A stretch of 64,000 bases of DNA from an uncultured Fibrobacterota bacterium (GCA_963729895.1 CAVSQB010000009.1:128001-192000), one strand, 5' to 3'; positions 37,292-48,330 are shown, counted from the stretch's first letter. A program made the numbers and translations. The notes: a model not told the origin generated them from the letters alone.

Positions 37292-39946
37292 TTACCGTTT
37301 TTCGTGAGATAGTGCGATACGGGATTTCAGCACGCTCAGGTAGGGATCATTGGAGCCCAAACCGACAGCCTCATTTAATTTCACAAGAGCGATTGAATCC
37401 TTGCCCTGCCTGATCAGGTTTTCGGCAAATGAAATCTTCTCTTTGCAGGCAAGGACAGACGCATCCGGGAAATGTGGCAAGACAGCAAGGATTGAATCGT
37501 ATTTCGAATCGGCAGCGGGAAGATCTCCGGCACGCTCCATGCATTGCGCCAGGAGGAGCGCAAAAAATGTCTTCTTATAGCATGCAAGCGTGTCCTGTTC
37601 CGACTGGTCGAGTACACTATAATGCAATGGCGTCGGCATGGTTGTAAGTGCAGCCCATACCTGTTGATGGTTCTGCGCATCTAACAGCCGAGGCGAAGAA
37701 AACTCCACCGTAGGATGGTCATAGGTATTGCCGGGGGCTTTGCTGCAAATACCTCGAACAGCCTCTGTTTCCATGATACAGGTTGACAGCACAAAATACG
37801 GATCGTCAAAACCAACGCTGCCAAGAGCGGCGGTGTTGCAATGGCCTATGTGTTTTCTTATTTCTTCAACGTCAAGGTCGATCGGCGACAGAGATGCCAC
37901 AAGCGCACAATATGCCCTATCCGGATCGGTGTCGGCAAGCCAGAGATGAAGGTATGGAAACTCATCCGCAAAGCTTTTTACCGCGCTTGTGAAATCAACC
38001 CACCCCATCTGCTGAAGCGGGAACCATTGGACCAAGACCCCATTTTCCCGCAAAAGTTTGCGGCAAGCCTCCACGTGCTCCCGGCTGTACAAGTTGCCCG
38101 TTCCGGCGCTTGCAACCTGAAACAGGTCCTGAATGATAAGATCGTATTTTTGCGATGAGGATTTGATAAAGCTGCGTCCGTCATCGATATGAAGGTGCAC
38201 CCGCGGATCCTTGTACACCGCACCGTTTTCGGCGTCAAAAAAATGTATAGTCTTGAGCAGCGACGGCACTATTTCCACGCAATCTATTCGATTGACGGGA
38301 TGCGATGCAACTGCGGATAGGGTGACGCCGGTTGCCATTCCCACAACAAGCACATCATGCGGGTTCTTGTGCACCAGCACCCCAAGATGTCCTTCTCGCC
38401 GCTGAACAAGCAACGCATGCGGATCGGTTCCACCCTCCGAATAGACGTTGTTGACAAGAAGCATTTTGTAGTCCTGCCCTTCAAGCCTTCCCTGCCATAC
38501 CCCGACGTTGGCAACACTGTCTTCGGTATGAAACAGCAGGCGGAAATCACGCGCAAAAGACCAATATCCATACAGGTCTTTCGGCGAAAGAAACGCGCAG
38601 ATTACGCAGAGAGCAAGAAAAGCAATTGCAGGAACAACAGCCCGACGTTTTCCTGCAATAGCAAGCGCCCAAACCATGATCAGCAAGTTTGCAATAAGCA
38701 GAAGAACAACGGTAGTTCGTACACCAACTGCGGAAACAAGCGCAAATCCCACGATGATGCAACCAAGTATGGAGCCGGCGGTGTTGAATCCGTACATCAT
38801 ACCAACCTGAGTGCCGGAGTCTTTCTCATTCTTTGCTGCCTGGAGTATAAAGGGAAATACCGCCCCCATGCACATGGTGGGCAGAAAAATGAAAGTGGCG
38901 GCAACGGTTATTGCCGCTGCAATAGAGGCAGCCCAAGGGGATAGCCCGAACGAATGAACCAGCCAGGGATAAAACTTTGGAATGAGCCGGGCTGTATGCA
39001 AAAAGGCCACTGCGGAACCGGCAATAGATCCTTCGCACAAAACAATAAGAAGAGTGGCGTTGCGGTGCCGCTTCGCAAGCCACCCGCCGATTGCGGAGCC
39101 TATCCCCGAGCCAAAAAGAAAAACGATCACCACCGCCGAAAATGCATACGTGGACGCGGCAAACGTCTGTATAAATGTTCGTATCCATACGATCTCGTAG
39201 CCAAGTCCACACGCTCCATGGGCGGCAAATAATACATAAAACCAGATAACAGGGCGATCCGATATGCCCGATAAAGCAGATGCGCGAGAAGCAAGAAAGT
39301 GGTCGGCTTTTTCTCTAAATGCCCACACGAGTGCGATCAAGGCGATAAGAAAATTGATCGAAGCCCCGATACATACTGTCGCATGCAATCCGAACAGTTT
39401 GATCCAAACGAAACCGGCAAGCAACGCTCCCGCCACCCCGCCCAAAGTGTTTGCCGCGTACGCAATTCCCATCCAATAGGAATTCTCATTTGTGTATTTT
39501 GCAATCCATCGCGCCATAACAGGCATTGTGGCGCCCATCACAACGCACGGGACCAGGTAGAACAGGAGCGATACGCCGACGCCCAGGCTGAAGCGAGCCG
39601 CCGTATTATCCAGCGCAAAGGGTGCAGCGGCTACATACAACTTGTCTATTGCGGAAAACAAAACCGGAGAAAGCAGGACCCAAAGTCCTAGAACACCTTG
39701 GATTATTCCGAACTGGCGTGCAACGTTGTTTGCCTTCAACATTCTACTAAAGACAAAACTGCCGATCATCATCCCGCAGAAGAAGGCTATCAGCACCGCA
39801 TTGATCGCAACGATGGATGAACCGATACAGTTTTGGAGCTGGCGGGACCAAGAAATTTGATATGCGAGCCCGGAAATACCTGAGAGAAAAAATAAAAAGC
39901 AAAGGGCTGCAATTCGGATTGTGTTCTGCCTGGCAGGCTCACTCAT
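37292..39946 (-). CDS. Fused MFS-like membrane domain / spermidine synthase-like protein with TPR-like tail
   Basis: Two membrane repeats (FFLSGISGLAYQISW; GLGYEIVW; YAANTLG; YGFNTAG), VLVVGMATGVT, CVEI, DDGRSF, YDLIIQD, GNLYSRE. Confidence 0.85.
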   Translation of the reverse strand: MSEPARQNTIRIAALCFLFFLSGISGLAYQISWSRQLQNCIGSSIVAINAVLIAFFCGMMIGSFVFSRMLKANNVARQFGIIQGVLGLWVLLSPVLFSAIDKLYVAAAPFALDNTAARFSLGVGVSLLFYLVPCVVMGATMPVMARWIAKYTNENSYWMGIAYAANTLGGVAGALLAGFVWIKLFGLHATVCIGASINFLIALIALVWAFREKADHFLASRASALSGISDRPVIWFYVLFAAHGACGLGYEIVWIRTFIQTFAASTYAFSAVVIVFLFGSGIGSAIGGWLAKRHRNATLLIVLCEGSIAGSAVAFLHTARLIPKFYPWLVHSFGLSPWAASIAAAITVAATFIFLPTMCMGAVFPFILQAAKNEKDSGTQVGMMYGFNTAGSILGCIIVGFALVSAVGVRTTVVLLLIANLLIMVWALAIAGKRRAVVPAIAFLALCVICAFLSPKDLYGYWSFARDFRLLFHTEDSVANVGVWQGRLEGQDYKMLLVNNVYSEGGTDPHALLVQRREGHLGVLVHKNPHDVLVVGMATGVTLSAVASHPVNRIDCVEIVPSLLKTIHFFDAENGAVYKDPRVHLHIDDGRSFIKSSSQKYDLIIQDLFQVASAGTGNLYSREHVEACRKLLRENGVLVQWFPLQQMGWVDFTSAVKSFADEFPYLHLWLADTDPDRAYCALVASLSPIDLDVEEIRKHIGHCNTAALGSVGFDDPYFVLSTCIMETEAVRGICSKAPGNTYDHPTVEFSSPRLLDAQNHQQVWAALTTMPTPLHYSVLDQSEQDTLACYKKTFFALLLAQCMERAGDLPAADSKYDSILAVLPHFPDASVLACKEKISFAENLIRQGKDSIALVKLNEAVGLGSNDPYLSVLKSRIALSHEKR

Positions 39947-40061
39947 GATAGGAAAATACTTTGATGGGCGGAGTATTGAAGATATTTTGGCTTCTTGCCA
40001 CCTTGGGAAGAAAAATATGCGTCATCGCCCTATCTTGACAAAATGCCTTTGGCGCAAGCAT

Positions 40062-40096
40062 AAACAAAAGGGAAGCTCCAAAGAAGAGCTTCCCTT
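40062..40096 (-). terminator. Rho-independent terminator of the ThuA gene
   Basis: AAGGGAAGCTC-N7-GAGCTTCCCTT with a T-rich tail on the minus strand. Confidence 0.65.
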
Positions 40097-40132
40097 CAAC
40101 TATCGCACAAATACTGGATACGGTAAAAAGCC

Positions 40133-41170
40133 TCACCGACCTATGGTGAATTGTTGAACCGAGCGTCCCGATCCATCCATGAGGCGAACGACATGGCAGC
40201 CGGCCGGCATGGCATTCTGCGCCTCCGCAAGACTTCTCACCGATCTTGATGCCACGAGTTGTCCGGATAGGTTGTAAATATTCAGGCGCGTCGGCTCATT
40301 AAAATTCCATTTTGCAAAACTTTGCAACCCCTTTGAATTTGGAAGATTTTGCTGGGTCTCCGTGCCGCAGGGGCCTTGAAGCTGAGGCAACTTTTGACCG
40401 CACCATTGCAAAGCGTCCCAGATCGTGGAGTCCATTGTCGCCTCATAAAAAGTGGTTGACTGATGTCCACGACTCGAATAAAACATTCTCCCCCCGCAAG
40501 GAAAAGTCTTGCAGTACGCAACGGGGTGATCCGGACCCATTGCCGTGCCGCCGTACGATGCTTCATTGACATATTGGATCATGCGATACGTAGTATCTTT
40601 TCTCGGATCAGGAGTCAGATTATACCATTCCTCCGTGGTCCAGAAGGTATCCGGCACATTGTTGAAAAAGACCTTAAATGTGTCGTTCTGCGCCAATCTA
40701 TAGTTGACGTACATTTCTCCGTTTGCAACACCGCCATGATTCAAAAAGTCGGAGCCGATCAGGGAATCGATATACCACGTCCACGTGGCATGGGTAGCCC
40801 CTGCGCCATGCCAACCGATATAGCTCCCGCCATCGAGTTCAACGTAATCATGCAATGCCTGCTGCTCGGCCGCGTCAAGAGTTGTGCCGGCATATGAGGT
40901 CTGGTTAAAAATAACCACATCGTACTGCTGGAGATTAGCCGTGGTGATTGGCAACGGGTTCTTAGTGATGGTGAGTTGAAAACCATATTTGGCGGATAGA
41001 TGTTTTAACATGGTATCCCCGTCAGCAACCGGATGCCCTACAGGGCCCATGTCCGAAAGATCCAACACGCTTTTCAGCCCATTTTGTCTTGGAGATCCCA
41101 GAGAAACACCAACACAAAACACTGTCAGCATTAGGCCAGCAACGATGCCCCAGGATTTAAGCTTGTGCAT
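40133..41170 (-). CDS. Secreted ThuA (trehalose-utilisation)-domain protein with C-terminal sorting-like domain
   Basis: YDVVIFNQT, GGSYIGWHGA, EEWYN, MGPDHPVAY, GRMFYSSRGH; tail IYNLSGQLV. Confidence 0.8.
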   Translation of the reverse strand: MHKLKSWGIVAGLMLTVFCVGVSLGSPRQNGLKSVLDLSDMGPVGHPVADGDTMLKHLSAKYGFQLTITKNPLPITTANLQQYDVVIFNQTSYAGTTLDAAEQQALHDYVELDGGSYIGWHGAGATHATWTWYIDSLIGSDFLNHGGVANGEMYVNYRLAQNDTFKVFFNNVPDTFWTTEEWYNLTPDPRKDTTYRMIQYVNEASYGGTAMGPDHPVAYCKTFPCGGRMFYSSRGHQSTTFYEATMDSTIWDALQWCGQKLPQLQGPCGTETQQNLPNSKGLQSFAKWNFNEPTRLNIYNLSGQLVASRSVRSLAEAQNAMPAGCHVVRLMDGSGRSVQQFTIGR

Positions 41171-41340
41171 GGCAATCCCCTTTCAAGAGGTTAATTGGAT
41201 AAAACAACTGTGAGAATCCAGATTCCAAGGCCAATTTAAGCGTTCTTGTTCCACCCCACTGGAAAACTGGCCAAATAGTTTTCCCTTATAAATAATATAC
41301 CATTAATTAAGCCAAAATGCTATGGGCAGCCATATTATTT

Positions 41341-41357
41341 TATTACCTTCGGTAAGA
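41341..41357 (-). promoter_or_regulatory. Operator-like site (copy 3, one mismatch)
   Basis: Minus strand reads A-TCTTACcgaagGTAATA-AAA, pointing toward the ThuA gene. Confidence 0.5.
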
Positions 41358-41628
41358 TACCTAGCGTTATGTTTTCGAGGAAAGCATGAACGAAACCTGG
41401 AATGCGCTTTCCACAAACAAGCCGAGCCGAACAGGAATCAAACCGCTGAAAAAGCAAAAATGAAATACAGACGGTTGCAGCCGGATACAAGGCAATCGTA
41501 TTGCTGTTGATCTGAGTGATAAGGGGTGTCGCTGCAAGGACAAAAAGAGCGTGCAGAGGCAAGGCCCGTACTGTATTTTGAGTTATCGGTTCGAAGGGAA
41601 TTCTCATAATCTTCATAGGAATTGGTTG

Positions 41629-43200
41629 ATGAGTAGCTTATTGCTCAAGACCGGTAAAGTGACCTTCGTTTCCCTATTATTCGTAATTGTGCCTTTGAAT
41701 CCTGTTCTTGCCCACAATACCAGCTGGAACAAAGCGTCCATCAGACAAAATGGAAACCAATTAACCTTGGAATTGCGGCTGGTTCAGGTTGACCTGCTCG
41801 GCGCCGTAGATAAAGGAATAGACAGCGCAAGAGTTCTTAGTGTTAAAGAATGGAACGAATTGCTGCCTAAAATCAAAAGCTATGTTTTTGACAATATTAC
41901 ACTCAAAATCGACGGCAGTCCGGTAACGAAAGTTGTGGATGAAAGCTGGAAGCTTGAAGACAACTCAAACGGGACCGCAGCGGTTGACACTCAGATGCGC
42001 GTAATTGAAATCTCCCGGTCATGGAACCTAACCGGCGTCCCGCACAAAGTTGAATTTAAACCCGATCTGCTGGGAAATGTTGCGCTGCCGGTCAAATGGG
42101 TTGTTGTGCTGGCTGCAGATAACACGAAAGACCGAAGATTATTTGAGGTTATTTCGCGCGGGGAAACGGCTTATTTCGATTTTGACAAGAGCGCATTCGT
42201 CAACCAATCGGGCGAACCCTTATCCGGCACGGACGAAAACACATTATGGGGTAAAATCCTACAATTTGTCAAAACAGGCTTCACTGCCATCAGCCTGGAA
42301 AAGATATTCAAATCAGGCGAAAATCCCCGGATTCTGATGATCTACCTGTTCCTTGCAATTGTAATCGGGGCGCTCCATTCACTTTCCCCCGGACACGGGA
42401 AAGCGCTGATTGGAGCATATATTATCGGGAATAGGGGTACTTTTGCCGATGCCGTCACGCTGGGAGTCGTCACGTCGCTCAGTCACACCGTCAGCGTTCT
42501 TATTCTCGGTCTGATTATTTTTGTCGTCTTCAATTCTGTCGTCCCGCCTCAGATCTCTATGTATCTCAACATCGCATCAGGTTCGATCATCATCATCATC
42601 GGTGGTTTCATGTTCAGAAAGCGTCTGCTGGAATTAGACCATTTGAATCACGCCCATCATCACAGCCATTTTCACGATCACCCCCGGCATTCGCATGATC
42701 ATAATGAGGCACACGGTCATTCGCACGACGACCATAATGACAACGGGCATTCACATCATGAACGCGACGAGCTCCACCATTTTCACCATGATCATGACGT
42801 ACACGAACATTCGCATGACGAACATGAATATTCGCGCGGACACGACCACTCGCATGGACATCAGCACATTACGATGGAATCGGTACGGAAGAAAAGTTTT
42901 ATGACAAATGTAATTATGGGGATTTCCGGCGGCATGGTTCCCTGCCCAACGGCACTGGTTGTTCTTTTCCTTGCCGTTTCGGTCAAGAAAGTAGCTCTGG
43001 GTTTACTGCTGATCGTGTTCTTTAGTTTTGGTCTGGCCGCAACGTTGACCATCTTAGGAATTCTTTTTGTAAAGGGTTCCTCGCTCATCAACAGGTACGA
43101 TAACAACAAATTCATACCTAAACTGCCTGTTCTCAGTTCGGTAATAATTATGCTTCTCGGCGCGGCAATCGTGATCAGGGCGATGCTTGCGCAGGTATGA
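41629..43200 (+). CDS. His-rich nickel/cobalt transporter (RcnA/NiCoT superfamily) with N-terminal periplasmic domain
   Basis: GALHSLSPGHGK, SHT, a loop with about 32 His, GMVPCP, FSFGLA; signal peptide ending VLA-H. Confidence 0.85.
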   Translation: MSSLLLKTGKVTFVSLLFVIVPLNPVLAHNTSWNKASIRQNGNQLTLELRLVQVDLLGAVDKGIDSARVLSVKEWNELLPKIKSYVFDNITLKIDGSPVTKVVDESWKLEDNSNGTAAVDTQMRVIEISRSWNLTGVPHKVEFKPDLLGNVALPVKWVVVLAADNTKDRRLFEVISRGETAYFDFDKSAFVNQSGEPLSGTDENTLWGKILQFVKTGFTAISLEKIFKSGENPRILMIYLFLAIVIGALHSLSPGHGKALIGAYIIGNRGTFADAVTLGVVTSLSHTVSVLILGLIIFVVFNSVVPPQISMYLNIASGSIIIIIGGFMFRKRLLELDHLNHAHHHSHFHDHPRHSHDHNEAHGHSHDDHNDNGHSHHERDELHHFHHDHDVHEHSHDEHEYSRGHDHSHGHQHITMESVRKKSFMTNVIMGISGGMVPCPTALVVLFLAVSVKKVALGLLLIVFFSFGLAATLTILGILFVKGSSLINRYDNNKFIPKLPVLSSVIIMLLGAAIVIRAMLAQV

Positions 43201-43247
43201 GAGCAGCCCCGGCATGAGTATTCCTCTCCGCCAATCCACGTAGCGCG

Positions 43248-44996
43248 TCAATCCGGCAGCTTGGCAAAACGATAGGTTAGAGTTGCGCCCAAACTAAAAT
43301 TTCCGTGCCTTCTCGCAAGAACAGACTGACGAAGAATTGGACTATCGTAAAACGCAAAAGCATAGGCTGCCTGGATTCTGAGGGTATTGGCAAGCTCAAG
43401 AGCTACAAAGGGGGTGATTATGTGCGTATTGACCGCCTCTCGTTCCCACTTTGCCGGATCAGTGTCATCGAAAGCGAAATTGTTGCCGCCGGGGTCTTGC
43501 GTGGTATAGTCGTTGACCACCGGCTTGATCTCGAAAATATTGGAATGGGCGTTAGGATTGAAATAGTGAAATTCATCATAGCGCGCTCCGACACGAAGGT
43601 ACTTTGCAACAGGGTACGAAATTCGAAGCGCACACTTTATTGATTTAAAATCCTGCGCTGTGAGAGTGAGCGTGTCCTTGTTGCCGCCTGTTCGCAAAAT
43701 TCCGGCCGAGTCCAGGTACAAATAGGTATTGTCGAATCCATAAGTGACGGCGTTTTTTTCCGGCATGCGCCATGACCCTGCAATCCCTCCGTCAACGGTC
43801 AGTTTCCTCCATCGCCAATTCATCCAATACATGCCATACAAGATGGCGCTTCCATCCATTGAGAAATTGGGTATCATTTCATCATAATTCCAGGCATCAA
43901 TAACGGCGCCGGCTTTGGTGCTCGGCCTGTTAACGTAATCGGGTGCTCCGCCGGCCATAAAGACACTGCCACGACCATAGGCAAGAATTGCATTTTGGAC
44001 GAGGCCCTTTGTGTTGAGAACCAGTTCAGTTCCGATGTGCCAACCGCTGGTTTGAGGCAAGGCGTAGGTTTTTGTTATGTTTGCATTTCCAGGCAGGACG
44101 AGAATATTCGGGTTGGGAACACTGACCTGGCTTGAATCCGCCGGAGTTTCCTGAAAACCCCCGATTAGTTTCAGGCCGAAGATTCTTTTATACCCAAACT
44201 GAGCCCGCAGCAAAAGATGATTGAGGTTTCGTGTGTCTTCCACATTTGCGAACAAGTACCCTTGATTGCCGGTTGTGTCATTGAACCAGACAGTCCTGCC
44301 GAGAAACTGCTGACCTGCCGCAACTTCCCAGGAAAAGAAATACGTCTGCCGGATGTCGTACCCGTAATTCAGGGCCAATCCGTTAAAATTGTAGTTCTCC
44401 AACGGCATTTGATCAAAAATCGAGCAATAGGACCCCGAAATATTGATTTGACCTATTTCTCCGGAAAAACCTTTGATGAAAGGAGGGGCCCACTTCATCT
44501 CCAAAGAGCCAAGCTGAACGTAACTGGTTACACTTTGTGCATTCTGGGCGAGATTATCCAGATTACAATCCAGGGTCATGCTTCCCCAAAGATCGGGCAA
44601 GAAGCGATAGCGTATTCTCGTGCTCACCGTGTTTCCCTGCCAGATAGGTGTGTATCCGAAATCACTTTGGAAGATTCGATCATCGGCTCTAATGGGGGCA
44701 GGGCTCTGGCCGGTGGACTGCAAATAAAGGAAAGAATTGTAGACATTTGAGATGCTCCCTCCCGGCCCCAGCGGTTCGCCCCCTTGCAAATCCTCGCTGA
44801 GCGAATAGCCCAAGTTAGCAAACACGTCGATAGCCGCTCTCACGGAATCGTTGAGATCATAGATCGATGCGCCGGAAAAACTTCGACCGGCCCCCGATCC
44901 GCCGAACGCACCTCCCTGCCCGCCGATGGAGGTATGAGCAGATCCTCCGTGCCGGGCTGCGAGCAAAAGGAGACAAAAGATTACGGCTTTTCTCAT
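43248..44996 (-). CDS. Putative outer-membrane beta-barrel protein
   Basis: Signal peptide then HTSIGGQGG, amphipathic strands, ends LGATLTYRF-AKLPD. Confidence 0.55.
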   Translation of the reverse strand: MRKAVIFCLLLLAARHGGSAHTSIGGQGGAFGGSGAGRSFSGASIYDLNDSVRAAIDVFANLGYSLSEDLQGGEPLGPGGSISNVYNSFLYLQSTGQSPAPIRADDRIFQSDFGYTPIWQGNTVSTRIRYRFLPDLWGSMTLDCNLDNLAQNAQSVTSYVQLGSLEMKWAPPFIKGFSGEIGQINISGSYCSIFDQMPLENYNFNGLALNYGYDIRQTYFFSWEVAAGQQFLGRTVWFNDTTGNQGYLFANVEDTRNLNHLLLRAQFGYKRIFGLKLIGGFQETPADSSQVSVPNPNILVLPGNANITKTYALPQTSGWHIGTELVLNTKGLVQNAILAYGRGSVFMAGGAPDYVNRPSTKAGAVIDAWNYDEMIPNFSMDGSAILYGMYWMNWRWRKLTVDGGIAGSWRMPEKNAVTYGFDNTYLYLDSAGILRTGGNKDTLTLTAQDFKSIKCALRISYPVAKYLRVGARYDEFHYFNPNAHSNIFEIKPVVNDYTTQDPGGNNFAFDDTDPAKWEREAVNTHIITPFVALELANTLRIQAAYAFAFYDSPILRQSVLARRHGNFSLGATLTYRFAKLPD

Positions 44997-45135
44997 CTGT
45001 ATTTACCTGTTCTAAAATCAACAGCTTGACGCAAAGACCCAGGGGAAGGGTGACATCAGGAAACATCCGTGCCGGGCCGTCAAACCTTTGGCGTACTTGA
45101 CAAAAGAGCGAACACTGCCGGGAACGGCGATCTTC

Positions 45136-46113
45136 TTACTTGAGGAGAATCGTATCTTTCTTCGCCTTTTCCTTTTCGTGCTCTTTATAGTAAAAATAAC
45201 CCAGCATTTCCGTTTCCGATCTTTTCAGTTCGTCGGCCAACCAAACCAAATCCTGTGCGCTAACCGCAAATTCTCCAAGGTCAAAATACTGATGTATCTT
45301 GGAGGTCTTGTTCTTCAGTTTGTCCACCTTTTCAAAAACCACGTTCCAAACTTTAGTCCCCATGCTATCGGGAGTAATCTCGAATTTGAGCACATATTTC
45401 TGAAAAGAAGTGTCGTCCCACGAAAATGAAAGCGAGGTGACGTTGCCCAGGAAGGTGCTGTCTTTCCGAGTCGTTGAAGGACCGATGTTTCTCAAATCAA
45501 TTCGGGGTCCTACCGATAGCCGCTGCGATGGAAAAGATCCGGACAAATTGCCGGTATCAATCAGCAAAGTCCCCCTGGAGCCGGAACGCGCCGAAAGGCT
45601 GTCATTGCCGGGTGACATAGTGTACTCAGTTGAACCCATGTTCCTTTTCACTGATGTTGAATCTGGTTTCCCGGGATGGGCTACCAGACTGTCGATATTA
45701 TCAAGGGACAACAGGCGTAATTCATTATAAAGCGAATAGATGATCTTCAAATGGGGATGAACCCTGTCAAAGTTGAATTCCTCCATATCATCATTCATTG
45801 CGCGTAAAACCGCATTCAGGGCTTCGAAAATCTCCTCAGGGGTTCTCTTTTTGAAGCTCTCTTTTTCAATCGGGCTCGCAGTGGCAGGAGTCAAGGATAT
45901 CTGTGATTTGGGAGTCTCTCCTGAATTACTCTTTTGCGCTTCGGAGAACACAGGGTATAACAAAAATAAAAGGATCCCCGAGAAGGTTTTGTAGGACCGG
46001 ACAAAATTGAACGTAAACGAAGTTGTTTTTCTCAACAATCTGTCATTCCGACTAACTGACGCGCAGTTGCCTTTTCTCGGATGGGGCCGAGCGTATGCAG
46101 AAACCTTGCTCAT
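45136..46113 (-). CDS. Hypothetical protein (start uncertain)
   Basis: 325-aa ORF filling the gap, with a signal-like segment (GILLFLLYPVFSEA); no motif recognised. Confidence 0.5.
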   Translation of the reverse strand: MSKVSAYARPHPRKGNCASVSRNDRLLRKTTSFTFNFVRSYKTFSGILLFLLYPVFSEAQKSNSGETPKSQISLTPATASPIEKESFKKRTPEEIFEALNAVLRAMNDDMEEFNFDRVHPHLKIIYSLYNELRLLSLDNIDSLVAHPGKPDSTSVKRNMGSTEYTMSPGNDSLSARSGSRGTLLIDTGNLSGSFPSQRLSVGPRIDLRNIGPSTTRKDSTFLGNVTSLSFSWDDTSFQKYVLKFEITPDSMGTKVWNVVFEKVDKLKNKTSKIHQYFDLGEFAVSAQDLVWLADELKRSETEMLGYFYYKEHEKEKAKKDTILLK

Positions 46114-46529
46114 GCTCTATCTTTGTCCTGCTGCCATGGTTCTGATGAATCATTCTCTTCGGGACCCCTACCCTAAAAGGCTATCTGGGGACAAGAATCT
46201 GGAAAGACGGCGGGGAAGTCTCTCTGTTGCCCATGATGGCCTGGCCTTGCCCCATTGACGCCTTCAAATGGTAGTAAATCATTCAAATCAAGAGATAGTT
46301 TTGGTATGAGTAATATACTCATGTTTGTCTAAATTATCAATATTCTTTTCAAAAACCGGACGCCGCATTTTACAGATTCCTTTCCTTGCAAATGTGCGCT
46401 CGTTAAGATGGCTTTCCCCTTGCGCAAAAGACATCCATAGGATGATATTGTCAAGCTATCGACGGTGCCGGCATTCACCACAAAATAGAGTCACGCGCGG
46501 AAAACTATTGCTCTTTATGCACGGCCATA

Positions 46530-46546
46530 TCTTACTTTGAGTAAGA
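46530..46546 (+). promoter_or_regulatory. Operator-like site TCTTAC-N5-GTAAGA (copy 4)
   Basis: ATA-TCTTACtttgaGTAAGA-AAA upstream of the OMP-MFS unit. Confidence 0.6.
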
Positions 46547-46750
46547 AAATTGTCTTGGAAACGCAAACGTCCGTTTTTATATTTATCGTTACCAAAGCCC
46601 CTATCTCCAAGTCGTGCATTCTTGACAACTAATAGGAAATAACCTTCTGACTTCTTTCGTTGTTTTCGTTCGGTTTCAACAAACCGCGTGGACCTTAGAT
46701 TATCTCTTGACTGCAAATCAAGCACTTCAACCTCAAAGGAGGACGTGTAC

Positions 46751-48232
46751 ATGAAACGTTTTGCCGGTATTCTACTATGCGTTTCTTTGGCATGTGCGGT
46801 TTTTGGCCAGTCTGCACCCGACTCATCTGTCATTGACCGTAAACCGCTTCAGGCTGCACCCGACACGGCCGTCATCGAGCGCAAGCCGCTCAAAATTGCT
46901 TCGGGCCTTGACGAAGGCCAGATCGTTTCAGGACAATCTAACTACCTGAACCAACAGTACGGCCTTAGACAATGGATTTCCCGGCTTAATGTGTTTCTAA
47001 ACCAGGAAGTGGATGTCAACAAGCGCCTGGCATTGAAAGTGGGGGTCGGCGCATTTATCTGGTATCCTTTCCCGGAATCACCCACAGATGTATATCTCGT
47101 TCCAAAATTCTCTCCCGCAGTTTCCGAAGCCTCCGGAACGTACAAAATCGGCGACATTGACAATCCATTGTTTGAATTTCAATTCGGCTATTTTCCTTTC
47201 AAATACAACCCGGACGCATACGACATGGGTGAATATTTACTGCGATCGGGATGCTACCCTGGTTATCTGGTGAACGGAAGATGGAACATCATCGGTGACA
47301 ACCTCTACAGGGCCCAGGGAATTCGTTTCAGCAATTATCTGCTCGACAGGACCATACAGCAGCATTTTCTTGCAACCATGGAGCACGATTATCCACCTAT
47401 GTACGATGTATCTCTTTCTTACATCGGAACCGCACAAATTGTCAAGAAGATGATCAATTTCGGATTGGGCATTTCTTTTGCCCATCTGATTTCCATGAAT
47501 GAAGACAAGACAACGCCGAAGAATGCGTATAACCGGTACCTTGGCGACAGCGCCCTTGATGGAACCGAAGGTATGAACGGTAATGTGGATACACTCAAAG
47601 GCGTTCACTATTTCACCTTTAGAGGCATCAAGCTCATGGGCATGGCCTCATTTGACATCAAACCGGTGATCCCAACCACTGTGTTCGGCAAGGAGGATCT
47701 GAAGCTATTCGTTGAAGCGGCGGTGCTTGGCGTTCAGAATTACCCTTTCTATTATGACGATATCACAAAGCGCATTCCTGTTATGTTTGGTTTCAATTTT
47801 CCTACATTCAAAATCCTTGATGTCTTGTCGTTTGAATGGGAATGGTATGGGAGCCAATTCGACAACAACATGCAGAACTCTCAGAACAGCCAATTTCCGA
47901 CATGGTACGTTCCAACTCCTAATAATGCTCCAAGAGAATACGACGACACCGCTGCTTTTACAGCTTCAACCAAACCACCCGGCTTTAACGCTGACGGCGC
48001 TACAACCTGGAAGCAGTATTTCTCCCAGGATAATTGGAAGTGGGCGATCTACGCAAAAAAAAGTCTGGGAAAGGCGGTTACCCTGCAGCTCCAAATGGCC
48101 AATGACCATATGCACATGATAACGTACCAAGTGATCCCGGATTATATCGATGTAACGCATGGAGTGGACAGCCCGCTTAAGATGTTCCAGAAAGACTGGT
48201 ATTTCGATTTCAAGGTTCAAATTGGAATTTGA
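46751..48232 (+). CDS. Putative outer-membrane protein (Fibrobacterota type)
   Basis: AAGGAGG RBS, signal peptide, GYFPFKYNPDA...GEYLLRSGCYPG, ends WYFDFKVQIGI. Confidence 0.65.
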   Translation: MKRFAGILLCVSLACAVFGQSAPDSSVIDRKPLQAAPDTAVIERKPLKIASGLDEGQIVSGQSNYLNQQYGLRQWISRLNVFLNQEVDVNKRLALKVGVGAFIWYPFPESPTDVYLVPKFSPAVSEASGTYKIGDIDNPLFEFQFGYFPFKYNPDAYDMGEYLLRSGCYPGYLVNGRWNIIGDNLYRAQGIRFSNYLLDRTIQQHFLATMEHDYPPMYDVSLSYIGTAQIVKKMINFGLGISFAHLISMNEDKTTPKNAYNRYLGDSALDGTEGMNGNVDTLKGVHYFTFRGIKLMGMASFDIKPVIPTTVFGKEDLKLFVEAAVLGVQNYPFYYDDITKRIPVMFGFNFPTFKILDVLSFEWEWYGSQFDNNMQNSQNSQFPTWYVPTPNNAPREYDDTAAFTASTKPPGFNADGATTWKQYFSQDNWKWAIYAKKSLGKAVTLQLQMANDHMHMITYQVIPDYIDVTHGVDSPLKMFQKDWYFDFKVQIGI

Positions 48233-48330
48233 TTTTGATTAATTGCCATAATGCAATAGGGTGAACAACGGGAAAGGCTTCTTGAAGACTTTTTCCGATA
48301 GTTTCTTTCCAAAGAAAGGAACCCGGTAGA

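Noticed and set aside
45010..45090. GACGCAAAG / GCCGGGC segment as a c-di-GMP-I or NiCo riboswitch
   Set aside because: It is antisense to the downstream gene and lacks the GNRA-capped first stem and the other NiCo consensus blocks.
46304..46324. NikR operator
   Set aside because: GTATGA is present but the spacer is 9 bp rather than the 16 bp of the E. coli site.
37292..48232. Discrete genomic island
   Set aside because: GC looks somewhat lower by eye, but no integrase, tRNA or boundary repeats were found and it carries the host operator motif.
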